DNA of 62,248 nucleotides, filler included, from Choristocarpus tenellus KU-1152 (GCA_964200185.2; 12 parts of 12 records of this genome joined end to end with filler, not necessarily neighbours in it), one strand, 5' to 3'; positions 25,894 to 38,125 are shown, counted from the first letter of the whole stretch. The notes: generated from the sequence alone by a model not told the origin. Translations and numbers: made by a program.

Positions 25894-26700
25894 CTATTCC
25901 ACTGACCATAAATATTCGAATGTCACACTGCACTCGTCATCCATCCTACCCAAGCAACTATCTTTGTCCTTGTCACTGTGAGGGTTTGTTACAGTACCTG
26001 TACCCGAAAGTCTCCTCTCCCCACTCATCTTCTCACGTAACCCTGCACCTCTGAATACTGTGCCTGGGAACAAGGACTGCCATTCAGGCACCCATCGAGA
26101 TACATCTCCCTTGGATATATCTATACAATTTATATTTCCCTGGGCAGTTGTCCAATCTGCGCAGCTGTGCCTGCTGAGGAACCTGCTTTTCTCACAAGCA
26201 GAGCAGGATGTGCTGCAAACCTCGAGACCAGAGACAGAACAATGGTTTATCTCTGTCCCCCTGAGGGTGAAAGAGAGTAGCACTGGTTGAGGGGCTTTGC
26301 ATCGGTTCCATCTTCCATCGCTGTCGCTCTCTGTTTGTATCTTGATTCCACCACCCCTACCACTGTCCACTCCATCAGTAGTGCAACAAGTGCTGCTCCG
26401 CTCCTCACTGCTTCCACCCCCAAGTCTACTGTTGCCATCCTGATTGCTATTACTCTGACTAAATGCGTAGGGTGAACTTTGCCCTGCCAAGGACACAGAA
26501 GGATGGAGGACATTTTCTGTTGTGACAGTATCATCATCTTCATGCACTGCAGTCCCCTGTTGTGTCAGAAGGATATGTGTTTTAGTGCCTACTCTTTCTG
26601 CACACAAGCCAGCCTTGTAGGCACAGCAGAGAAAGATCTCCGTATTCCTTGAAGGTGGTCTTGGTGTGTATGACAATAGTAGTCTGCCACTATCCTTGTC
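25894..26700 (-). CDS. Terminal exon (268 aa) of a gene truncated by the contig end, possibly a mu-homology-domain (adaptin mu-like) C-terminus
   Basis: Acceptor tttatttgtcag at 26701 in phase 0 with the 260-aa ORF. PVLLSFTL...SVSGLEV resembles the MHD P..v.F......SGl.V motif (weak). Contains Gly/Ser-rich insertions. Confidence 0.55.
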   Translation of the reverse strand, partial: DKDSGRLLLSYTPRPPSRNTEIFLCCAYKAGLCAERVGTKTHILLTQQGTAVHEDDDTVTTENVLHPSVSLAGQSSPYAFSQSNSNQDGNSRLGGGSSEERSSTCCTTDGVDSGRGGGIKIQTESDSDGRWNRCKAPQPVLLSFTLRGTEINHCSVSGLEVCSTSCSACEKSRFLSRHSCADWTTAQGNINCIDISKGDVSRWVPEWQSLFPGTVFRGAGLREKMSGERRLSGTGTVTNPHSDKDKDSCLGRMDDECSVTFEYLWSVE

Positions 26701-26945
26701 CTGACAAATAAAGAAAAAAGTCAGTCAAAATAAAATGTGGAGTATGGAGCCTAGGCTTGAACAATTTAACAAACAGTAACATTTTTCAAAGCTAGAAATT
26801 GGTTAGGATGCTATACTTGTAAGTCATCTGTCTTGATTCCTCACTTGTTTGTCAATGATGTACACACCACGTGTTGAGTTTAAAGGAAACTGAACCGAAT
26901 AATGTACATGCCTCACACTTTCTCACTCATAATATGCTACAGCAT

Positions 26946-26968
26946 GGGTCCAAGTATCTGGGGGGGGG
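26946..26968. mobile_element. MITE-B terminus at contig end
   Basis: GGGTCCAAGTATCTGGGGGGGGG runs into the spacer. Confidence 0.65.
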
Positions 26969-28545
26969 NNNNNNNNNNNNNNNNNNNNNNNNNNNNNNNN
27001 NNNNNNNNNNNNTTAATTAATTAANNNNNNNNNNNNNNNNNNNNNNNNNNNNNNNNNNNNNNNNNNNNTCTTTGTGGCTATGGACCGTCTTGTGATCTTC
27101 ACAAAAGAATAGAACAGATTCCACAATGCCGTGAAATGATTGCAGCCTATCGTGCAGTAAATGGATTGGATAACCAGTAAAAATTCTCGTCCCTCATGTT
27201 GGTGACTTGAGAATTCGTGTTTACTGTTATCATACTCCTTTACATAGTCTGTATATCATGCATTGCTGTCGTGTCATAACCTATCGTGTCAGTAAAGAGA
27301 TTATCGTGGGTATGTGTCGTACAGATCACGGCCAATTTTTTATTTTTCATTTTTCATTTTTTTTTTACTGATTTTTTTTTCTTCATCTGTTTCTTCTTTC
27401 CTTTTTTAGTTGTTTGATAGTGTATTGGCATACTTGTTTTAAGTCTAGTGTCTTTTGGCCAGATCTCGTTGTACCCACATACTATAATCCTTTACATAGG
27501 TTGTCCATCTAATTTAGACAAATCGTGTTTGTGTCATTTTGTCATAGATGGGTATAGTCTATCGTTTTGTGAAGTGATGAGATAACTGGTAACAGATGCC
27601 AGTTAACCTGTTCACGTCCAGCTCTGACTTGGCATCTCGTGTTTACCAGGTTTATCAATCCTTGCAAATAGACTATACATAAATGTTGGTGGATTAGATA
27701 AATTAATATACAATTAATTTTATCTCTCAACTCTCCTCGTTTGCATGAGTGGACACATGCGGTGGTGAAGAGACCATATCACTGGGCACATTATATTAGC
27801 TCGTGTATGCTAAAGGTGGCTGTTCATTACATCATGTCATGTTTTCATGAAATTGATTTATTGATCATCATGAAATGACTGAAACCATCCTCAAAAAAAA
27901 AAACGAGACTCAAATCTACCACCAGGTAAAGGATGGAGACTTAAGGTGAGCCGTACATGTTATTTATTTTATTTTATTTTATTTTTGTGTGGCATGACCC
28001 CCCGACATGATGTAATGACTGTACAGCCACCTCGTATCGTTTTAGGAGAGTTGAGCCACCAACATCGTACGTTTATCCGAGTTGTCCACTTGGAATATTG
28101 TTTTCATGAGAAATATTTCCAATCGAAGTCAGAATTGAGGAAGGAGAATGGGTGCACACATTTGATCTCTTCTTTTGCTGTGTTGATTTGATTGCATAAC
28201 ACGCGATGTTGTTTTCACGCATCAGAGTGGTGATCAAATCATCGTATAACACATATAGCAATGTTGAATCACAAACACTAGTCAAATCGTGTTATTGACA
28301 TCGTGTATAGTGTTTGCTCCTCGTCTCCCCATTCTGAGTGTATCCTCTGTTCTAAACAAGATATTAGACACCTATATGTTGGCCACATATAGCTCTCGCC
28401 TCGTCTTTAGGCTGACTGATATGCTGATCCCATACACTCAGACCTCGTTCGTAAGCTTGATTGGTGTGCTGACCACACACCATCAACCTTTAGGCTATGT
28501 TATCCTGATCAGATATACATCGTTAGCCTCGTTTATATTGTATAC

Positions 28546-28866
28546 GAGCCAAAGTATCTTAGAGGGTAGAGCCGCGTCCATTTGAGGCCAAAATCTAATG
28601 TTGAAATTGAGCCAAAGTATCTTAGAGGGTAGAGTCGAATCCATTTGGGGCCAAAATCTAATGTTGAAATTTTGATGTAATTTTGGCTATCATGTTGTTA
28701 GGAGATGTCAATTATCCTTGTTCTGGACTCTTCTTTTCATACTGCATACATTCTATCTATTCCAAAACATTTTGGAGTAGGTAGAATGTCCTTTAAAACC
28801 CGTGAGAAGCCAAGCCCCAAATGGACAAACAGGGAAAAAATCGTACCCTCTGAGATAGTTTCACAC
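28546..28866 (+). mobile_element. MITE-A copy with a tandem-duplicated left end, 4-bp TSD ATAC
   Basis: GAGCCAAAGTATCTTAGAGGGTA at both 28546 and 28609. Right end TACCCTCTGAGATAGTTTCACAC, flanks atac|...|atac. Confidence 0.9.
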
Positions 28867-28986
28867 ATACTTCATATCGTGTTAATGAAGTCGTGTAATA
28901 CAATGAATGGTGCAATGTATAGTAACAATCACACATGTTTCCCATTTCGCTATTAGAGCTCACCTTTTGGTTGACCTTGAATCATG

Positions 28987-29344
28987 TTTACATGGCTTTA
29001 AGGCCGATCAGAGGGGGGGGTGATGTGGAAAGCGTGTTTTTCTGTTATTATACCGTTATTGCCGTATGACATATACCGTTATACCGTGGTACCGATTAAG
29101 GTTCTCAGTCAAGAATCTATCTATAATTCCACGGACAGACTTTCTGTTCGAATGTCACGTCTTGACTGATGATGAAGTCCCATCTTTGATGTTGCTCATC
29201 ATTCCTAAGTTTACGCTTGGCCAACCTTAACCTCGTACGCTCGGTCACGGTTTGTCCTTGTTCATGTGGTCCGTCTTGCCCGGTGATTCTCTTCGTCACC
29301 CTTGCCTGAGTGAACCACACCGCCACAGAATCACACGATTCACA
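28987..29344 (+). mobile_element. LTR retrotransposon 3' end: PPT plus LTR (29024-29344)
   Basis: GAGGGGGGGGTGA followed by TGTGGAAAGC...ACGATTCACA. A reverse-orientation copy with the same boundaries is at 47199-47571. Confidence 0.8.
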
Positions 29345-31120
29345 TTATGGGGTATATTTTCAGGATGTCGACACTCCTCACAAATCCTTATTTTTTATGA
29401 GAAAGTGGCTATGAGGTATTGTAACCACGAAAGAGAATTCATGTTAGACAAGCAAACCATGTGATGACGTGACAACGGAGGATAGACGAAAGGTTGCATA
29501 TTATTCGAGAGGTTAATGAGAAATGAGTGGCGGAGGGGAGGAGGATTGAGGAGTAGACAGAATGAATGGTCAAAGATGGGGAAGGACAAAGGAGGCAGAA
29601 TCAAGAAAACTTCTGAGCAATCTTTCGACTGATACGGCGGAATCTGGGAATTGGGAAACAACGTCTCACCCTTTCCGCTGGACAGCCCTACTGGGATGAT
29701 TGAGAGTGAATTGCCATTTAGAAAAAGCAAGAAACATAGAGGGGAGGAGGCAACAAAGCACAATAGCATAATAGAGCTGGAGAAGAGGAAATGCAATATA
29801 TAACAATACATACATAATACATTTTACTACGTAAAGAGCACACAGAATAATGTGAATCTGACATGTGGGGAGTATGTATGAGAAAATCTCTGGCAACAAA
29901 AAGTTTAACAGGGAGATGGTTCCCTAGAGAAGAAAACTTCTCAGCAATCAAATATGATAGGTCTGGTAACGTAGTTGGACGAGTTGTTCAGTGTTCAAAT
30001 ATCTGTGACTTCATGTTGTGCTTCAAAAAAGGGTCCCGATGGAGGGAAAACCTTCTGCATACCCCATCCCACCCCCACACCCCACCCCCTATCTCATACG
30101 GAGGCACCAGTGTATTTCCACATGTGGTCTGTAGAGATACGAACCACGACACAGTTCTACAGAGGGTCATTATAGCCTTTTGCCGAGTGATACAAAAAGG
30201 TCAAGACTATTGAAGATGAATAGCGGGATTCACTTGAAATGTATATGAGTGTTTCAGAGGTAACAAAGTCAGTCTTCCCGCCGTCATGATTGAAGCAAAG
30301 CAAAGCACTTTGACAGATCTGCAGAGCCTGGGAAAGTTAGTTCTTCCTTCTTCAAAGGTGAAAACTACGTGCTAATAATATTTCTAAGAAACCATGAAGA
30401 ATTTCCCACCCTTTTCTCCCAACCAAAGAGAAAGCAAGATGTAGAAATAAATTCAGGAAGGGAAATAAGGACAGGATATAGGATGTAGGATGATGGATAC
30501 TATTTGAACTTGGAGCGATTTTGGGTCCGATCTCACCGAGGCCAGGTATATAATATCGCAAGAGGTTCAATCCAGGTAATCTCATTTTGTTGTGCCTGAC
30601 AAGATGCCAGCTGTATATGTAGTATGATATACTGGGGGTTAACATTTGGTTGATCCATCCAAGATACACATGAACGACGCTGCCACTATTTCCAAGTTAG
30701 GTTTGTGAGCCAATGACTTGCTGGTGCATTCCACTGCCAGCCTGAGGTCTCTCATAGTTCCCTGGCTGGAGCCCTCCCAGATCCTCTCCTACAGCAAGTT
30801 CATCTCGACGCTGCCTCTGTCCACAGTGCACTGAACCTTCATTATTGCTAGGTCCCGTAGGTTATGCCTGTGATACACTTCATACTACTGTCAAAGATTA
30901 TAACCACTGAGAACTTAGGACGTATTTCAGGTGGAAAGCCCCATGGCCATTGCTTTCTTGATATCTTGAGGGTGCATCATCTCATTGCCTTCTTGATAAG
31001 GAGGGTTAACATATTTCTCGCTTGATTACTTTTTGGTGTTGTGTATGCAGGAAGAGTTCATCTTTTGGATGTCTTTCCTAGATCCTTGATCAAGAGAGGC
31101 AAAGCATGTACCAACAAGCC

Positions 31121-31378
31121 GAGTGAAAGTATCTTAGAGGGTACGAGTTTTGCCCTGTTGTCCATTTGGAGCTTGCCTTCCCTCGCGTGTTTTTATGACA
31201 TTTTCCCTCTCCAAAATATTTCGGAGTACGTAAAATGTATACGTTATGAAAAGGTGTGTCCACAACAAGGATATTGACACTTCCTAACAACCACGATAGC
31301 CAAGATTACATCAAAATCGCAACATTTGATTTTGGCTCCCAAATGGACGCGGCTCTATCCTCTAAGATACTTTGGCTC
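31121..31378 (-). mobile_element. MITE-A copy, 4-bp TSD AGCC
   Basis: agcc|GAGTGAAAGTATCTTAGAGGGTA...TCCTCTAAGATACTTTGGCTC|agcc. Confidence 0.93.
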
Positions 31379-31410
31379 AGCCCACAAAAATCAAAGCAAT
31401 CTGCCCGACA

Positions 31411-31667
31411 GAGTCAAAGCATCTTAGAGGGTAGAGCCCCGTCCGTTTGTGGGTGAAAATTCAATGTTGCGATTTTGATGTGATTTTGACTATCGTGTTT
31501 GTTAGGAAGTGTCAATCTCCTTGTTCAGGGCACACCTTTTCATAACGTATACATTTTACCTACTCCGAAATATTTCGGAGTAGAAAATGTCATAAAAAAA
31601 AACTTGGGAAACCAAGCTCCAAATGACAAAGAGGGCAAAACTCGTACCCTCTAAGATACTTTCACTC
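31411..31667 (+). mobile_element. MITE-A copy, 3-bp TSD ACA
   Basis: aca|GAGTCAAAGCATCTTAGAGGGTA...TACCCTCTAAGATACTTTCACTC|aca. Confidence 0.93.
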
Positions 31668-31712
31668 ACAACAATTGTTCTCTCCTTTACAATAGGTAAG
31701 GATGGGAAGGAA

Positions 31713-31779
31713 TGTTAGAACACTAGAAAACCCCTGACTACCTGCTCGGTAGACACAGGGGTTTACTAGTGTTCTAACA
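31713..31779. mobile_element. 67-bp palindromic micro-element, TGT...ACA ends, 5-bp TSD AGGAA
   Basis: 24-bp inverted arms with one mismatch (TGTTAGAACACTAG[A/T]AAACCCCTG), flanks aggaa|...|aggaa. Confidence 0.8.
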
Positions 31780-32269
31780 AGGAACAGGGGCAGTGAGCAA
31801 TATAGATTAGACAAGAAAGCATGCCAAAGAAGTAGAAGAAGTTGGCAGTAGGGGATCAACCAATAGAACAATAAAAGCTTGATATGATGCAAGCATATAA
31901 TATTCCTTTCCCGATAAAACGTAAGAGGCTGCACCCAAACTGCGCTTGTTGTCTGTTCACAAACCTCCAAGGACGTCTAGTTAAGGATGCAATACCCCAC
32001 ATGTTCTCTCATCTTCTTCAAGGGCACCTCCATGAAAAAGAGCTTGCAATGTACATTAGTTGTTGCTTTATTAGAGGTGTCAAGCACAACACCATCAGTG
32101 CCTACAGGGAAACATATGAGACTCGGTAAATAAGCAGACATCTAGCCCCTGAACCCTTAATGTTGGCAGTGCTTGAGAGGACGTCATAATATCAGTGTCC
32201 TTGAAAAGGTTCATGATCTGCCATAGTTGCTCCAGATTAAATAAGAAGTTATTGTGATTCTCAGTCAGA

Positions 32270-33763
32270 TCAGGGTTCAAAGTCTTTCCCTCGACACCTA
32301 CATCCCATGTAGGCGCTCCTACACACCAGTCAAATGAACACATTCAGCGTTTATGGGTCAAACGAGTCGTCATCACTGGCTCAAGTCTCGGATATTACAA
32401 TATATTTGGGGAACTTCGGGGAATCAACACAATAGCCATCTCAAACAATCCAAGAGGGTTGCCACATGTGAAGAAAAATACACCAGGTTATATCTCTTAC
32501 ATCCTGCAGATTGTGAAAAATAATTATGCAACAAAAACTCTAATCTTTCAGCACGGTACTGTGTACGAGGTTGAGGTATGGAGAGCATGTGCTGCAGTCA
32601 ACCGCCATTGGAACGACGGCACGTTCTACAACCACTGCATTTAGTGGCAGACACTGTCGCTTGGGTTCCAGAGGCCAGAGCTGCCCAAGGGACTGCATTC
32701 ACCAACTGAGAGTGCACTTGCCAAGGGTATGCCTCCAAAGAAGTGCCGCCATGAATGGGAAAGTGGAACTCAAACCCCTGTAATAAAATCCATTCACAGA
32801 TTGGGCTCAATCACCAATAGTAGGTTGGCAAATCTTCAACACGACAAGTTGTAGCATAAGTTGCACTGGAAGTAACACTGTTAATTATGGGTTAAGACAT
32901 CACTCCAGGGTAATCCAATGACCTTCAACCCTATCCAAACCAAGCAACTTTGAATCTATGTGGATGCAAAGTGGATAACATCAACTTGAGATAAACTTGG
33001 CTGATGAAGGTTAGGTCGAGAGCAATCCCAGCGCAATATGCGCGCTTGATGTGTCACACAAAGGAAATCTTCCAAATGTAGCACCCTATTCATCTTGTCT
33101 ACAAAATACTCCGTCCCAAGCCGCTAGGGACCCAAAGCATTTAAGAGGGTAGAGTCACGTCCGTTTGGGATCATAAATCCAATGTTGCGATTTGATGGAT
33201 TTTGGCTATCATGTTTGTTGGCAAGTGTCAATATCCTTGCTCCGGACACACCTTTCAAAGTCGTATACATATTAGAAAATTAAGTTCACACAAAAAGCCG
33301 TACAAGGGCATAAAAAAAAAGTGGGAAGCCAAACCCCAAAAGGACAAACAAGGTAAAACTCCTACCCTCTAAAATAGTTTGAGTCTAGGAGGAACTTAAG
33401 GGCACGGTGTCCAGGGCTTCCCTTCGTAGGGTCTCTAGACAGCTTCATAGGAACAGATCTATGATAGCTCGTAAGGACTCCACCCCACGTCGGGGCTTAC
33501 AGCTCTGTTATGTGTCGAAGGAGTGAGCATAGATCCAGTCAAGAGTCACATATGCTCCAAACATCAAATAGTGCAAACGCCTCAGCTATGTTAGGAAACC
33601 CTCCATGCTGTGTCTGCAACACCCCCAGAGCCAAACATGCTACCAATAGTAGCAAAACTGCCAGCTCGACAAAGAACAGCATACAATATCCAACTAAAAT
33701 GTCAATCTTATACTGACGCCTAATCGCATTGCGCACTTGAGTATGCAACTTCAGTTTCTTCAA
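32270..33763 (-). CDS. 3' exons of a multi-pass membrane protein of unknown family
   Basis: Exons 33763-33581 (GC donor; alternatively a GT donor after 33563), 33044-32986, 32777-32703 and 32318-32270 are phase-consistent. Translation: LKKLKLHTQVRNAIRRQYKIDILVGYCMLFFVELAVLLLLVACLALGVL...RAYCAGIALDLTFISQVYLKGLSSTFPFMAALLWRH...GCRCRGKDFEP*. Confidence 0.55.
33129..33385 (+). mobile_element. MITE-A copy (diverged, intronic), 4-bp TSD TAGG
   Basis: tagg|GACCCAAAGCATTTAAGAGGGTA...TACCCTCTAAAATAGTTTGAGTC|tagg. Confidence 0.85.
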
Positions 33764-33946
33764 CTATTTACACAGAAAGACAGGGGCACCCTCTAAAATG
33801 GAAGAGAGTGGCTCTCATGTCCTCTCATCCTCACTTAACCCCAACCAATCCACCAAATCCTGGTATTCATATCCTTTTACCCTGCGCGCTGCCAGAATAT
33901 CAGACATTTCAAATTTACCCTGGTTCAGCTCCTTGTCTGCATAGGA

Positions 33947-34159
33947 CTACAACCTCTTTAGCCGCTGCACCATTGCTGCTCTGCAACGATGCCCAGCTTT
34001 GCCCATGTGTGCACACACCATGAGGAGTGTCCGCAGATCGTTTGCCTTAGCAGGTATCCAAGGTGGGACTGTATCCTCAGCACCCACCTGCATCATGCCA
34101 TCCTGGTCATGATGTACAAGGCCAGCAGAGGGCATAAATCCTCCGCTTTCACGCACTAT
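33947..34159 (-). mobile_element. Ty3/Gypsy pol fragment (integrase zinc-binding region)
   Basis: WIPAKANDLRTLLMVCAHMGKAGHRC...VQRL matches the Gypsy WiP....lr..l...aH....GHrG motif. Confidence 0.75.
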
Positions 34160-35101
34160 NNNNNNNNNNNNNNNNNNNNNNNNNNNNNNNNNNNNNNNNN
34201 NNNTTAATTAATTAANNNNNNNNNNNNNNNNNNNNNNNNNNNNNNNNNNNNNNNNNNNNGGCTACCCACATGGTAGGAGGAAGAGGAGCGGGAGGATATG
34301 ACAGGAAAGGAGTAGTTAAATCCTGACTACGCCAAATTGTTTTGGTGACTACACAAGTGGCATTGTCTCGACGAGTCATGCGTTTTAAGCTGGAGTCACA
34401 AGGGAGATGGGCACAGCATTACCTTCATGCGACTTAGGAAGTTTCCTTCAGTGACCCCATTGTTTCGTTGAGGAGGTTCCCGGACAACAATGTGCGATCT
34501 GCCTTGTAGTGGCTCATGATATAGCGCCTTCCCATGTCTTATGGGACCTCTGACCTATAGAGCATCGGAGCGTATCATCAATCTTGAGGGGGTATCGGGG
34601 AGGATGTAAATGTTCAGATGGAATTGATGTTAAGGGAAAGGGCTCAGTGTGTGTTACAGCTAGGATGCCATAATGGTGTACAATATCCGATACATGTTTT
34701 TGTTAGACCAACTCTCTTACGTTGAATTTCTCAATCTTGATCTTATCATCGTTGCAGTCAGGAGAGGAATGAATACTAATTTCCTTTCATTCCTAATCTT
34801 GTCGCCGTTGCTATATAGATGGAAACGTCGACGCTGGTTTCTCAAATCGTAGTCCCTTGCCATCATGGACATGGAGAAAAAATAATAATCGAGAGCGTAC
34901 ATTGAATCTTAGGGTTAGGCTCAGACTGAATGAAGTAAGAAATTTGCACACTGTAGCACTACAGTAGACAAACAATCGAAACAGTTTAGCGGAATGTGCC
35001 AGTGCCGCTTGTTTTTGTTAATTCAGAGAGGTGGTGTGCTCGTAATGGCTGTGTTCCTAATAGCCACCCTCGCCCATGACTCACACTAGCTCAGCAATGT
35101 A

Positions 35102-35356
35102 TCAGAAGATGACATTTTCCCTCAACATGTTTTGGACTGAGAGTGGAATGAGCGAGCCAGGTCGAGAGACCACGCCGTCATCATCAGCAAAATCAGTGCT
35201 GTAAATTGACAGTGATCCGCCGGACAGCTCATATATGGACTTGCTGTCTGACAGGGGTCTGACAGGATCGCTAAGTCTCATGCCCTGACTGCTGTAGAAC
35301 TGTCTGGTATGGGCATCTGCATCGATAAGCACCAGCTTACGCTCATAGACTTTCAA
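35102..35356 (-). CDS. Probable terminal exon of an unknown gene
   Basis: Pyrimidine-rich acceptor (ctctcccactctggaccaccccag) in phase 0, then LKVYERKLVLIDADAHTRQFY...QNMLRENVIF*. Confidence 0.5.
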   Translation of the reverse strand: MKVYERKLVLIDADAHTRQFYSSQGMRLSDPVRPLSDSKSIYELSGGSLSIYSTDFADDDGVVSRPGSLIPLSVQNMLRENVIF

Positions 35357-35689
35357 CTGGGGTGGTCCAGAGTGGGAGAGGTGGTTTAGGGGGGGAGAGG
35401 TTGCTGGTAAGAATCCGAGTGTTTACTTTGAGAAATAATATGTTGGAACCATTGTTGGTCGTGAAGGGTCTGCGGGACTAGCAGAGACCCCTGAATTTAT
35501 TATACAGTTCGCTATAATAGGAGGTGTAGTATCCTTTAGGAGGATGTGGAATATATTGTGTCCTCTGTGATTGACTGCCTTCTTATGCATATGTTCCTAA
35601 CACTAATATGGGCGATCTCACACTTGCTTGGATGAACGTTTGTCTTCTCTCCTACACCCGCAGCCTCCTGATAGGGGTTAGCTGCATTC

Positions 35690-35868
35690 GACACGGAATA
35701 TCTGGGGGGGGGGGGGGGCTGTCAACACCAGGGTGTCAATTTGGACCAAAACCAGGAAGAGTGCACTTGCATTATCCATACGACATATGCAACCAAATTA
35801 CCCAAAAACCGCGACATAAAAAAATTGACCCCAAATGGACAGCCACCCCCCCCCAGATACTTTGAACC
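35690..35868. mobile_element. MITE-B copy
   Basis: GACACGGAATATCTGGGG...CCCCCAGATACTTTGAACC, with an interior homologous to 3300-3472. Confidence 0.85.
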
Positions 35869-36724
35869 TTTCAGGCATGGCAATGGGGGTGTGTCAGTCA
35901 GGAAATTTTACTAACCGTTTTTTTCTGAGGAGGCCTAAATTCACCCCCCTCTAGGCTACTATTGATAAAGGGCCCAGGGTTCAGGTCATGATTAGTGTAT
36001 CAATGCAACGGGGTATCAATACAACTTGATATTGGCAAATGGGGACGCAGTCCAGAGAGATGAGGATATATTGAGCATATTGGATAGGGGTAGGGCCAAG
36101 GATTAGCAATGTATTGTTCGAGTCAGGAGGAATACATGGTCATACTGTGTATAGAAGACCTTTGCCATGATCTAGCTTGGGACCACTTGTTTTTATCCCA
36201 GTGAATAGAGTGAAACGTTTTCTTTATTCGCTTTAAGCCCTTGAGTCAGGAACAAATCCCAGTCCACCACGATCCTTTTGCCTCGCATTGTGGCAGAAAT
36301 AAGGCGGCACCCCTGTGACCCCTTCTTTCAACCTGTTTGCTAAAATTCAACTTTTGAAAGCTGTGATGATCACTCTGTTCAAAATTCCCGTGCACCAGTA
36401 TAATATTGTCTATATTGATATATATGAATTATTTCAATGTACTACAATGCATTTTCCCCCAAGTCACATGGCAGCATATCTGTAAGTGATCAAATCTTGC
36501 AAACTGTTCAACTTCATTTACTGCATTTGATGGCAGTAGTTCTCTCCCCAGCCATAACTCTAGCTCTAGCCCATATACTATGTACTATTTTTTTGTTATT
36601 TTATTTACAACAATGTTATTATTCTCACTAATCTGGTTAGTGAGCATGACCAGGCCTAATATTGCTATCACAGTAATGACAGTTGTCAGATTGCAGTACC
36701 CCAGGGCAGAGGCACCGCGAAGCT

Positions 36725-36785
36725 GACTCAGAGTATCTGGGGGGGAGGCATCCGTTTCGGTCTAACAAGCTCCTGACAGCAATAA
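36725..36785. mobile_element. Left end of a MITE-B-related subfamily; other end not found
   Basis: GACTCAGAGTATCTGGGGGGGAGGCATCCGTTTCGGTC, related to 1-92. Confidence 0.6.
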
Positions 36786-38125
36786 CCAAATTATTACCCG
36801 TGGTCAAACTTGCTATTGTTCCTTTTTTGATATCTACAAAATGCCAAACATGATTAGGGTTAGGCTTTCTTTAATCAACACTAAATTCAATAGATCCTGG
36901 GTTGCGTTATGCTTAACAAAGTTGTATTCTTGTAATGTCCCTTCCTTCTTACAGGGAAAAGGTTACCTGTTACCCTAACAAATTCCCAAAGTTTCATCAA
37001 TCTAAAGTAGGAAAGAAAGGAAGCACGAGCGACTTGGGGAACATGAAATAGTGCATGATTATGCGTGTAGAAATGACAAATTATAAGCAGGATTGAGCTT
37101 CGACATACAGAAAAGCTTTTTTTTTCCAAAACGTAGATAATACAAGTGTGCCCCTAAATAGCGAGATCCTGTCCACAACTGATTGAAGAGTACTTTACTG
37201 AATCGAAGACAGTGGGGAAGGTTGGACGTAGGAATAGAAAAAAGTTCATGCTTTTTAGCTCACAATACAAAATGAGGGTGCATAGAAGTGTTTGCAGCCT
37301 TTCTGACTGCCAGCAGATATTGATCAAACTCCCTCCGTAATACTTCAAAGAATACTTTTTCACTTCATTACACAACTGTGTTAACAAAGTGATGCAGGTA
37401 TTGATTCAGTGTCTATATCGAAAGGTTACGTGAAGTTCCAGTTGAACTGGTTCTTGGAGTTATTATTATTCAGCAGTCGAAGATTTTTCTTTTTTTCTTA
37501 AGCAATCATTACTATTATTACAAGGTGCATGTTTGAAGCTGAACGAAAACTTGAGGCTATCACCTACAATGGTAGCTATCACGATTCAGTTGGAACAGGA
37601 GTAGGTACAGCACAGGAACATTGCAAGTAATATACAGTACTGTATGTATCTGACCACTACTACCACTAGCAAACCAATCAGCAAAAACACACACCATGTA
37701 CGCTACTGCGATTTGCATCGATGGGTATCCAGTAACCCTCTACCAGCACGATCCATACTGCTCCTTTGTAACAGCTTCAAAATTATACCNNNNNNNNNNN
37801 NNNNNNNNNNNNNNNNNNNNNNNNNNNNNNNNNTTAATTAATTAANNNNNNNNNNNNNNNNNNNNNNNNNNNNNNNNNNNNNNNNNNNNGGTCTAGCCCC
37901 CACGGCCACCGAATCTCTAGCCCCAGCCCCAACGTCGCCCCATTGTGCGGCTGATGCCCCATCTTGAATCTCGCCCCCCCAACGGGTCATTGACGGTTCT
38001 TCAACTCCGTCATCAATTGAGTTCAGACTTGAACCACATCTCCATCTGGGCATCATCTTGTTTGTCTTTACTCCTTCTCGGTGATAGCTATAATCCAAAT
38101 ATATTTACTGCACAAGCACGCTCAT

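Noticed and set aside
27586-27650. Imperfect hairpin (CTGGTAAC-AGATGCCA...TGGCATCT...TTACCAG)
   Set aside because: Bulged, single-copy and without a TSD. It cannot be called a miRNA or element without data.
31870-32130. + strand KLDMMQAYN...QG as a LINE reverse-transcriptase remnant
   Set aside because: No YADD-type motif and only a few matching residues. Not supportable by eye.
36230-36420. - strand ...DRGGLGF... as a LINE RT thumb fragment or an exon
   Set aside because: A single short motif with stops and a poor acceptor. Insufficient evidence.
37890-38090. - strand open frame running into the contig end
   Set aside because: Possibly an exon, but low complexity, truncated and without a phase-linked neighbour, so it was not called.
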